The position numbers were made by a program, and so were the translations under genes. A stretch of 64,000 bases of DNA, taken from the NCBI GenBank assembly GCA_964522105.1, contig CAZFVA010000001.1:80343-144342 (forward strand), in the 5' to 3' direction. The stretch comes from an uncultured Anaeromyxobacteraceae bacterium. GTDB taxonomy: Bacteria > Myxococcota_A > UBA9042 > DTJE01. The first letter of the stretch is position 1. Each line of letters opens with the position of its first letter. Shown one piece after another: positions 1-7,972 of the stretch. Below the pieces are notes generated by a model that saw only the letters and a list, made by a program, of their open reading frames with translations, did no database searches and was not told the DNA's origin.

Positions 1-628
1 AGAAAAAGGCCATGAAATCGTGGTCATTGACGACCCCGACAAGATTCCTGATGACACCGATATCGGTCTGGATTTCAGTTTCCCGGGCGGCGGGCAAAAA
101 TTTGCGGCCGCCATGATTAAACGCGGTGCAGCACTTCTGACCGGTACTACAGGACTGGGCTCGACTGATGTCGTGGCGCTTTCAGAAGCGGCTTCCAGTA
201 TCCCGGTTCTTGTTACAACCAATACCAGCCTTGGCGTTTTCTGCCTTACCGAAATCTCGATGATGGCCAGGACCATCCTGGGTGATGAATATGACGTCGA
301 AATTCTGGAGATGCACCACAGGCACAAGGTGGATGCCCCTTCCGGAACAGCCATTTCGCTGGCCAACGCCCTTGGAACAACGGGACTTGATGTGAACCTG
401 AACCGTCAGGCGGCCAGAAAAGACAACGAAATCGGGGTCGCGTCCCTGCGCGGGGGCGAAGTAACCGGGACACATACGGTCTATTTTCTGGGAAAGAACG
501 ACCAGATCGAAATTACCCACAGGGCAACATCCAGACAGGTTCTGGCAGAGGGGGCAATCAGACTGGGCGTGGCTCTTGTGACGAAAGGCCCCGGGCTTTA
601 TGACGTTTCCGATCTTCTTCGTGGCTGA
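1..628 (+). CDS. dapB: 4-hydroxy-tetrahydrodipicolinate reductase (DapB), 5'-truncated by window edge
   Basis: Frame is open from position 2 to the window start (..EKGHEIVVIDD..). The C-terminal domain carries the DapB signature EILEMHHRHKVDAPSGTA. The track ORF 20..628 begins at an internal GTG. Confidence 0.9.
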   Translation, partial: EKGHEIVVIDDPDKIPDDTDIGLDFSFPGGGQKFAAAMIKRGAALLTGTTGLGSTDVVALSEAASSIPVLVTTNTSLGVFCLTEISMMARTILGDEYDVEILEMHHRHKVDAPSGTAISLANALGTTGLDVNLNRQAARKDNEIGVASLRGGEVTGTHTVYFLGKNDQIEITHRATSRQVLAEGAIRLGVALVTKGPGLYDVSDLLRG

Positions 629-1700
629 TCGTGTCCTTCCAGCTTCCCATAATCTCGAAGATGTTCATTCTGTTGACCATGTCCTGAAGAATGGCGGCAG
701 AACCATTGAATCCAAGATACGGTTTCGGATAAATCATGTGGGCTTCCCGGGCCGGAAAAGTTATTTCCAGAAAACCGGTGTCATCTGACAGGCACGCCAT
801 CGTGGCATCTGTGTTTCCGACGACCAGCATCACGTTTTCTGATTGGTCAGGGTCAGCGATTGCCGGCAGCCGCGACACATGGCCACCAAATCCGGTGATT
901 ACCTGCAGACACACATCACAACCGACTTCGCCCAGGAACTCGCGCATGGCGTCCACAAAAACGACATCCCCGAAAAGACCGATCCGCCTGTTCAGAAGGC
1001 TGTGCGGCACGACCCACTCGAATCTGGGGACAATCCTGGATATCTCGCGGCCGATAAATTCGGCAGCCGCCGGACCACGCCCGACAGACCGACCGACAAC
1101 ATGCATGAACTGAACACTTCCATCGAAGCCGAGCGGCAGGCCGACAGCGACGACACGGGCGCCGGTTCTGGCCGCAAATATGTCAGCAGCCTTCCGACCG
1201 TAAGGCATCGCCAGCAAAACACCTGACTGCCCCGCTGCGGCAAGATCTGCCGTCGAACACGGCGCCGGCCAGAAACAGGAAACCGACAGACCTGTTCCAT
1301 CCGAAATCATCCGCGTCAGCTCGTCGATGTCGGCCCGCGCATCCCACTCATTCCTGGTGACAGGAACGCCGAAAACCGCAACCGAATCTGGCGACGTCGC
1401 TGACCTGGGAATATCTATGGTTGCCGCAAGAAAACACAAGGCATCTTCAAAGCCACGAACCCAGTCGGCACCTTCAGAAGGCATCGATATTGCAAACGAA
1501 TCCGCATCAACCAGGCGCAGTCTGGCCACGAGGTCATGCGAAACTTTCAGATCATGACTGACCATCACGGCGACGGCGCTTTCGATCGCAGCATGGGTGA
1601 CGCCCCGCAGCGGAATCACAGCATCCGACACAAGATTGGCAACTACTGCCACGCCTTCAAGCCACGGACGGACAAATTCTTCACGCCTGATTTCCAGCAC
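558..1700 (-). CDS. Nitrogenase component-1-like subunit (NifD/NifE/NifK/BchN family) of a nitrogenase-like reductase
   Basis: 380-aa ORF whose start overlaps the upstream NifH-like gene by 20 nt. The C-terminal segment [21 protein letters not shown] resembles the conserved NifE/NifK C-terminal motif (..GPYHGFDGFAIFARDM..). There is no N-terminal Cys cluster, so the assignment is tentative. It overlaps dapB convergently by 70 nt. Confidence 0.5.
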   Translation of the reverse strand: MLEIRREEFVRPWLEGVAVVANLVSDAVIPLRGVTHAAIESAVAVMVSHDLKVSHDLVARLRLVDADSFAISMPSEGADWVRGFEDALCFLAATIDIPRSATSPDSVAVFGVPVTRNEWDARADIDELTRMISDGTGLSVSCFWPAPCSTADLAAAGQSGVLLAMPYGRKAADIFAARTGARVVAVGLPLGFDGSVQFMHVVGRSVGRGPAAAEFIGREISRIVPRFEWVVPHSLLNRRIGLFGDVVFVDAMREFLGEVGCDVCLQVITGFGGHVSRLPAIADPDQSENVMLVVGNTDATMACLSDDTGFLEITFPAREAHMIYPKPYLGFNGSAAILQDMVNRMNIFEIMGSWKDTISHEEDRKRHKARGLSSQEPRPV

Positions 1701-2553
1701 CGAATGTCTCCTTGATGAAGTTTTCGAACTCGCGATCCACCATCGGGGTTGGAATTGGATGGCTGGAAGGACTGTCGTTCATCATAAGGTCCGCAAGATC
1801 CTTGAATATTTTCACAACATCAGATTCCGGGGCGATGGAAATTACCGGAACACCGGCAATTTCTGCCTGGCTTATCAACGGATCCCACGGAATCTTTGCG
1901 ATGATCTTGGTGCCAATCCGTTCTGCGAACAGGCGCATGCCTTCAAAATTCGTCTTCGAGCCGGTCGAATTCAGTATCAGACCACCAAGACCGATGCCGT
2001 TTGAAGCAAATCGTTTCATAGCCTTGGCGATATTGTTGGCCGCATAAAGGGCCATGATTCCATCGCTGACAACGATGTAAACCAGATCCGCCCTGCCCTG
2101 ACGCAGCGGGGCTGCAAATCCGCCACAGACAACGTCGCCCAGCACGTCAAAGATGGCGGCGTCGTAATCGCCTTCATCTATCAGTTCCAGTTCATCCAGA
2201 ACCTCGAACATTCTGGCAACGCCGCGACCGCCACAACCGACACCCGGTTCAGGGCCACCACACTCGATACAATCCAGACCGAAACGCCCCGGAAAAACGA
2301 TTTCGTCGGCGCGCTCGATCTTGCCCGACAGACGATCAATCACTGTTGAAATCTGCAAATCGCTGTCAAGTAACGTCCTGGTGGAGTCGGCCTTCGGGTC
2401 GCATCCAACATGAAGAACTTTCTTGCCACTGCTGGCCAGAACAGCACTCAGATTGGACGAAACGGTCGATTTGCCGATTCCGCCCTTGCCGTACAAAGCT
2501 ATCATTTTGGTCTTACGGGCCACGTGGTACTCCTTCGAACAAACTTTCTTCAC
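1681..2553 (-). CDS. NifH/BchL/CfbC-family ATPase (nitrogenase iron-protein-like)
   Basis: P-loop [10 protein letters not shown] and switch [10 protein letters not shown] are present. Both [4Fe-4S] ligand contexts match NifH closely: [16 protein letters not shown] and [14 protein letters not shown]. The alternative start MIALYGKGG at 2505 is also possible. Confidence 0.85.
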   Translation of the reverse strand: MKKVCSKEYHVARKTKMIALYGKGGIGKSTVSSNLSAVLASSGKKVLHVGCDPKADSTRTLLDSDLQISTVIDRLSGKIERADEIVFPGRFGLDCIECGGPEPGVGCGGRGVARMFEVLDELELIDEGDYDAAIFDVLGDVVCGGFAAPLRQGRADLVYIVVSDGIMALYAANNIAKAMKRFASNGIGLGGLILNSTGSKTNFEGMRLFAERIGTKIIAKIPWDPLISQAEIAGVPVISIAPESDVVKIFKDLADLMMNDSPSSHPIPTPMVDREFENFIKETFGAGNQA

Positions 2554-2652
2554 GCGTTTTCAATCAAAATCACAGAACTGCTGTAAGACCTGAATTTTGG
2601 CCTTATACTGAATCAAGGTATCTTATTTAGAAGATCCCGGGAGTATTTTATT

Positions 2653-3027
2653 ATGAAACCTTCTGCTTTTCAGATCTTTTGCGGTTATTACCTGGGTCTG
2701 GACAAAGATTTCGGCACCAGATTTTTTAACATTCACTCTCTGGCAGGTCATTACGGCATCAGCGCTGATGAACTGCACACCTTGATGGATGAATACCATA
2801 TCCTGCCTGAAGACATGGTCCACATCGATTTCAACATCGCCAAAGCGCACGGGGCAGCGCAGGAACTGGACTTCAGCGGACAGCACAACGAACTGATTTT
2901 ATTTGCAAAAAAGTCTTTCGACGAATTCACGCAGGCTCTTGGCGGTATCGACAAAACAAAGGTCTTCGAGGACCTGGACTACGACAACGTGTGGGGCGAC
3001 GAGCCTGACGGCAACCAGAAACGGTAG
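2653..3027 (+). CDS. Hypothetical protein (124 aa), no recognisable motif
   Basis: ATG-initiated ORF with balanced amino-acid composition, sitting directly after a divergent AT-richer intergenic region. It looks lower in GC than its neighbours. A competing antisense ORF 2623..2886 exists. Confidence 0.4.
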   Translation: MKPSAFQIFCGYYLGLDKDFGTRFFNIHSLAGHYGISADELHTLMDEYHILPEDMVHIDFNIAKAHGAAQELDFSGQHNELILFAKKSFDEFTQALGGIDKTKVFEDLDYDNVWGDEPDGNQKR

Positions 3028-3080
3028 TCCGGCAAATCTTGACTTCAATCAAAAATCGGCTGATTCTCGCCTTGTTGTTC

Positions 3081-3160
3081 GCGAGAGTGGTGGAACTGGC
3101 AGACACGCTGGATTTAGGTTCCAGTGCTAACGCGTAGGGGTTCGAGTCCCCTCTCTCGCA
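3081..3160 (+). tRNA. tRNA-Leu (anticodon TAG, reads CUA/CUN)
   Basis: Manually folded cloverleaf. Acceptor stem GCGAGAG pairs perfectly with CTCTCGC, followed by discriminator A. Anticodon stem is CTGGA/TCCAG with a 7-nt loop TTTAGGT (U33, anticodon TAG at 3115-3117, G37). T-arm is AGGGG-TTCGAGT-CCCCT. The long (11-nt) variable arm is typical of class II Leu tRNAs. Confidence 0.8.
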
Positions 3161-3248
3161 CTGCAGGTAAACGTGATCCTGATGAAAGTGGCGCGCGCCC
3201 GGTTCATCTGGAAGACGGGATCACTTCAATTTTGCGAGGTTTTTTGCG

Positions 3249-4829
3249 ATGAAAGTTAGATTAACACTGGCTGCCGGACTTGCTGCACTTGCATTTTCGG
3301 GAATCGTGGCGTGTTCAGGTGGAAACGGGACCGACGACCACAGCGGTATTCCTGACTTCATCATTCCAGACCGGGACATCGCCGAAGATAACGGTCAGGA
3401 CACAGGCGCCGATGTAAACCGGCCCGACGTCAACGATACGGTTGTCGGGACAGACGCCGATTCATCAGAACCGGATGCGACTGACAGCGGCGTAGACATC
3501 GGACCGGCCGACGAAGGTCAGCCTGACGAAGGCCAGCCCGACATCGGACACGATGACGGACCGCCGCCCACAAATTTCTGCAATTCGCTTAACGACTGCC
3601 AGCCTTACGAAGTATGCGACCTGTCACTTGGCCGCTGCGAAGAACGCACGTCTTACAAGACAATCGTCGGGACCGAGCAGCTTTTCGAGTTCCGCCCCCC
3701 GGAGGGCAGTGAAGGCGACTTCATCATCCTGGACGGACAGCGTTTGATGACAAGTTCCACGGGGTCAGCGGTCCGGGCCGACATCAATGGAAAACTGGTC
3801 GCAGGAACCAGTGTGCTTCACTCGACGATCGGGGCCCACCGCATCGTCGGCGTCGTTGGAAGTGACAGCGGAAAAGTCGGCGTAGTCTTCCAGAACGCCA
3901 CACCTATCTATCAGAAGTATCCGGATTCATTTGTAAATGGGGTATCAGGCGTCATCGATTGTGACAACTCGACACCCGCAAAAACGGGAACAGCGGGCGC
4001 ACTTGGTGATGTCGGACCTTATGCGGCGGGATATGTTGATTTCGTCGTTGACGACATGAGGGTCTACTATCCGGCAGAATGCGGCTCGATCAGAAGACCT
4101 GGAACCCCCGGGCAATACCCGCTTGTTGTAATCGTCGCGGAAAATCAGAACCCATCGTTCCCATTCATCAATTTTGACTACATGGGTCAGATGCTGGCCA
4201 CATGGGGATTCGTGACCGTATCGATTAAAGCCGAAATGGATGCCGAAACCTCAGCTTCCGCTGCAAAAGTACTTGTGGAGAAAATACCGGCCTGGATCAA
4301 CGCTGATCTTTCCGCCATGCACCCGGCCCTGACCGGCATCAGCACGACACCGAAACTGACGTGGGTGGCTTTCGGCACAGGCTCGACCACAATCAATGAA
4401 ATCGGCGCTAACGATGAAGGTAATGCGCTTAAGGACAAAGCGATCGCAGCCGTGGCCATTGCCCCGAGTCCGGCCTTGACCGATGATTGCAACCCTTCGT
4501 CTTTCCTGGCTTTATATGGCGCCCAGGACAAGATTGCCAACATCAATCTGGCTAATACGTCGTATGGCAACTTCAGTTCCCCGAAATGGCTGGTCAACAT
4601 CAAAGGCGGCAATCACAGCCTGTTCACGGACCATCAGATGTACTACGCCGGTGGCCTTGGATCTGTTGCTGACGGCGATCCGGTCGACATCATGCGCAAA
4701 GACCAGATGTACATGACCATCAGCATGCTGCTACCTTTCCTTCAGAGGGCTTTTGGGCTGAGCGAACCGTTCAGCGGCCAGCTTCAGACTGGAGTCGATA
4801 ACACATTGATCAAGGTTACCAAGGGCTGA
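3249..4829 (+). CDS. Secreted lipoprotein with acidic low-complexity tether; globular domain of unknown (possibly hydrolase) function
   Basis: Signal peptide plus lipobox MKVRLTLAAGLAALAFSGIVAC. About 90 aa of D/E/T/G-rich disordered sequence follows, including a GQPDEGQPD mini-repeat. Then a Cys-rich knot CNSLNDCQPYEVCDLSLGRCEER precedes a large globular C-terminal domain containing GGNHSLF. Confidence 0.7.
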   Translation: MKVRLTLAAGLAALAFSGIVACSGGNGTDDHSGIPDFIIPDRDIAEDNGQDTGADVNRPDVNDTVVGTDADSSEPDATDSGVDIGPADEGQPDEGQPDIGHDDGPPPTNFCNSLNDCQPYEVCDLSLGRCEERTSYKTIVGTEQLFEFRPPEGSEGDFIILDGQRLMTSSTGSAVRADINGKLVAGTSVLHSTIGAHRIVGVVGSDSGKVGVVFQNATPIYQKYPDSFVNGVSGVIDCDNSTPAKTGTAGALGDVGPYAAGYVDFVVDDMRVYYPAECGSIRRPGTPGQYPLVVIVAENQNPSFPFINFDYMGQMLATWGFVTVSIKAEMDAETSASAAKVLVEKIPAWINADLSAMHPALTGISTTPKLTWVAFGTGSTTINEIGANDEGNALKDKAIAAVAIAPSPALTDDCNPSSFLALYGAQDKIANINLANTSYGNFSSPKWLVNIKGGNHSLFTDHQMYYAGGLGSVADGDPVDIMRKDQMYMTISMLLPFLQRAFGLSEPFSGQLQTGVDNTLIKVTKG

Positions 4830-5029
4830 TTTCCCGCACGCCGGACACCTGTCGAATCCAGACAGCCACATTTTTCCAACACAACGTCAATGTATGAACA
4901 TCTTTATGATTTGTGGCCACCCGTCACATCTTGCGCTGGAAGCAAAATTAGACTAGTTGTGCCTGTTAAGGGCTGGCATTGTCCGGCCCGTTCCGGCGCC
5001 ACCCAAATTGTGGTGACCGTTTAGTTATA

Positions 5030-5055
5030 GCCGCCCCGTTTTCGAACGGGGCGGC
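5030..5055 (+). other. Perfect GC-rich stem-loop (11-bp stem GCCGCCCCGTT / AACGGGGCGGC, TTCG loop)
   Basis: Seen directly in the sequence. There is no downstream T-run, so it is either a factor-dependent or GC-type terminator for the upstream lipoprotein gene, or a regulatory hairpin in the leader of the next ORF. Confidence 0.5.
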
Positions 5056-5268
5056 AGCATGACCAGGGAAAAACGCTCGATGGACGACGGACCAAGAATT
5101 ATCCCCACCGACAAAGTCCTTTGCGGGGGAAAGTTTTTTCGTCTGGTCGCCGCATGCTGCCGTAACTGCACCGAACCTCAGTTCTGTCGGGAATTCTGGG
5201 ATTTTTTCCAAAAAAACGGTACTACTCCGCAGGAATACCTGCGAAAATTTGGCCTCGAGGAGGAAGGT

Positions 5269-5694
5269 ATGAAAAGAATCGTTTTCGACTGTGACCGCTG
5301 TGGCAAAAAGGACATCGGCGACCCTTTGACCATCTATTACATGGATGGTGAAAATGAAGGGATGCGCATGACGACTCCGGACTTTGCCAGCGTAGTCGAA
5401 AAAGCGGGCAAGATCCCGGTTTCCAAGGATTACCTTGGTGACATGCTTGAACTGCTGAACCGCCATGAAGGCTGGGAACACTACTGTTCTTCGTGCTTCA
5501 GAAAGGTTGTGCAGTCGGCGGTGGGCATTCTGGGACCGAATGCGAAATCTCGCAGAAAGGCCGGAGCTGACGCCACAATGTCTGCTGCAGGAAAGGCTCT
5601 TGCGGCCAAAAGCCAGCCTAAGCCTTTGACGCTCGAGCAGGAGATCCCCGCACCTTCGCCGGTCGGTCGGAAAAAGACACCGACTGCGACGTAA
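5269..5694 (+). CDS. Small zinc-ribbon-like protein with basic Ala/Lys-rich C-terminal tail
   Basis: Strong Shine-Dalgarno GAGGAGGAAGGT precedes the ATG at 5269. The protein has a CxxC...CxxC pattern (FDCDRCGKKD ... HYCSSCF) and a lysine/alanine-rich tail. The track ORF extends in-frame to 5059, and that longer form also has Cys pairs. The antisense ORF 4966..5832 is Arg-rich junk. Confidence 0.45.
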   Translation: MKRIVFDCDRCGKKDIGDPLTIYYMDGENEGMRMTTPDFASVVEKAGKIPVSKDYLGDMLELLNRHEGWEHYCSSCFRKVVQSAVGILGPNAKSRRKAGADATMSAAGKALAAKSQPKPLTLEQEIPAPSPVGRKKTPTAT

Positions 5695-5805
5695 TGGTGT
5701 CGCTGCATCGCCTTTACGCGGGGCCTGCTTTCGTATGACGGAGTCGGGCTGCTGCCTGTCTTCCCGAAGATTCCGTTTATCCAGGTATTTAGAGGTATCC
5801 ACATC

Positions 5806-7875
5806 ATGACTTGCAGAATTTCCACCAGACAATGCCTTTTCAGCGTTATGGCTGCAGGCCTGCTGCTTATGTCGACCGGCCTTACAACTGCCCGGGCCGA
5901 AGCAATTTTTCCGACTTCAAGCTACGGACAGATGCACGAAAAGCTACAGCGCCACGACCGGGCGTTTTATAGATTCCTTGCACTGCCGTTCGGATGGTCA
6001 CTTGAAGCCAACGTGATCTCGGATGGCGACAAGGCCCTGATTGTTCAATTTCTAGACCAGACAGAAAGCGAAGACGTCAAGGCAGTCACCGGGAAACACC
6101 CTTATGAAATGTTTACAAACTACGAAGAGCACGGTGACCTCGGCATGTTCGGCGGCGTTGCCATTGCTGGAACTGCCTTCAAATACATGACGCTCAAGCG
6201 CGACGGCGGCACGGCAGAACAGCTTGCCGAAGCCAGACACGACGTCGTGCGCGCAATCGAAAATCAACATATTTTCTGGGCCATCACGGGCGAACCTGGC
6301 GTTTTTGCACGCGGCATCCGCAGACTGGTCGATGAAGACCCGGAAGCCCCGCCGATACCTGACACGCCACGCGAACTGATTCCGCTGTTTGACGAGGCTG
6401 GAAAGCCCTACCCGTACGCAAAGGACAACGGCACCTGGCGCGATGACAATTCAAAGGGCGTGCTTCCCGCTGACACATGGATCTGGGTTGATTCCGCATC
6501 CAAGGACCAGCTTGTAGGACAGATTTTCGCGATGGTTCTTCTTTATGATGCGGCAGCGGGCGACCCAGATATCGACCAGTCGCTGATTGCTCAGATGCAG
6601 GCTGACGCCCGTGCCACAGCCGCGATGCTGATGACGATGCGCGACATTTCAACACTGGAAGGTCCCGCAGGTATTGGCGAATATGACCTGATCATCATGG
6701 ACGCGGACGGCCGCCCGACCTACCACCATGACATTAACCCGTACTCGCTTGAAAAGGTTTATCTGCCGACCGACGTCGGCTCTTACAACATGTTCAATCT
6801 GGCCGTGACGATGGGCGTAATGAAAGGTCTTTACCATGTGACAGGCGACGCGGACATTGAAACGTACACGTTTGGCGAACTGATGGGCAACCGCGGATAC
6901 CTCGACATGATGGACGCTCCGGTTGATGATCCGAACGTCATGGATTACATCTACGCCGACCTCAAGACCAACTATTCAAACGTAAACATGATTGCGACTG
7001 CGATCTGGCTGGCCCTTTACACTGAAAACGACCCGCTCGTTGAAGCCCCGCTTCAGAATTTCCTGGAAGATCGGTTCTGGAATCGCGAAGGAACGACCCG
7101 GACGGCCAGCATGTCCAAGATTCCGTTCTTTAACCTGGTGTGGATGGGCATTACTGACCGTGGTTTTACAAGAGACCTGGTTGATGAAACGGCCGCGCTG
7201 CTTTCAGCCTTCCCGCTTGGACCATATTTCAACAGCCGACGGATCATCAATTGCGACGAGACGGAACTGGCCGCCGGGCAGTGTCTGGCCGTGGACGACG
7301 AAACGATCATCACACTTGAAAACGGTCTGAACAGGGGAAACTGGCCGGTTTCAACGGTGGCTCTTGACCCGACAATCAGGCCCCCATCCAATTTTGACGC
7401 AAGGTCCGACCCGTTCGAAGTGAACGGCGGCGGCGGCCCGACCATGAATCCAGGCGGCGACCACATCGCGGCGTACTGGATGGGTCGTTACCTGTCAATA
7501 AATGCGGCCGGCACCTCATCAAGGTCACCGAACGCACGCACACACATGCAGGTGCCAGGCTTGACTGTAGTTGAAAACCCGCCGGAAACTGCCGAAATTA
7601 TTGATGTCGAGATTATTGAAGATGCGATTGCCACTGATCACGGGTCGATCACCGACATTCGGGCCGATTTGAACGCCACAGACCTCGCCGCCAGTGATAT
7701 TTCAACAACTGATGCGACGACAGGCACCGACGACGGCACTGAACAGAAACCTGGTTCCGGCTGCTCGGCAGCGGGGCCGTCTTCAGGCTCTGGCGCACTG
7801 GTGCTTATCATCCTTGGAATGGGCTTGATTTCATTCGTCGCTGTCCGAAAACGCCGCACTTTATCTGCTAACTGA
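5806..7875 (+). CDS. Secreted 689-aa protein of unknown function with MYXO-CTERM-like C-terminal sorting signal
   Basis: N-terminal signal peptide (..LLLMSTGLTTARAEA). The C-terminus GSGCSAAGPSSGSGALVLIILGMGLISFVAVRKRR is a Cys-containing motif followed by a hydrophobic helix and basic residues, the pattern of MYXO-CTERM-type signals. A T/D-rich linker precedes it. Confidence 0.75.
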   Translation: MTCRISTRQCLFSVMAAGLLLMSTGLTTARAEAIFPTSSYGQMHEKLQRHDRAFYRFLALPFGWSLEANVISDGDKALIVQFLDQTESEDVKAVTGKHPYEMFTNYEEHGDLGMFGGVAIAGTAFKYMTLKRDGGTAEQLAEARHDVVRAIENQHIFWAITGEPGVFARGIRRLVDEDPEAPPIPDTPRELIPLFDEAGKPYPYAKDNGTWRDDNSKGVLPADTWIWVDSASKDQLVGQIFAMVLLYDAAAGDPDIDQSLIAQMQADARATAAMLMTMRDISTLEGPAGIGEYDLIIMDADGRPTYHHDINPYSLEKVYLPTDVGSYNMFNLAVTMGVMKGLYHVTGDADIETYTFGELMGNRGYLDMMDAPVDDPNVMDYIYADLKTNYSNVNMIATAIWLALYTENDPLVEAPLQNFLEDRFWNREGTTRTASMSKIPFFNLVWMGITDRGFTRDLVDETAALLSAFPLGPYFNSRRIINCDETELAAGQCLAVDDETIITLENGLNRGNWPVSTVALDPTIRPPSNFDARSDPFEVNGGGGPTMNPGGDHIAAYWMGRYLSINAAGTSSRSPNARTHMQVPGLTVVENPPETAEIIDVEIIEDAIATDHGSITDIRADLNATDLAASDISTTDATTGTDDGTEQKPGSGCSAAGPSSGSGALVLIILGMGLISFVAVRKRRTLSAN

Positions 7876-7972
7876 CACCAAATAAGCTGAAATTCCCCGC
7901 ACACACGTTACATCTCTTGACCGGCCCCATAAATAACCACATCCTAGACATAGTTACCGGACGAATTGACCG

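Noticed and set aside
3161-3248. Terminator after tRNA-Leu (GTGATCC ... GGATCAC with internal GGCGCGCGCC)
   Set aside because: The stem arms are separated by a 36-nt loop and the downstream T-stretch is interrupted. That is too irregular to call a terminator with confidence.
4966-5832. 288-aa minus-strand ORF spanning the 5059..5694 region
   Set aside because: Its composition is extremely Arg/Ser/Pro-rich, typical of an off-frame translation of GC-rich DNA. It overlaps a plus-strand ORF that has a strong SD and Cys motifs, and it bridges two intergenic regions.
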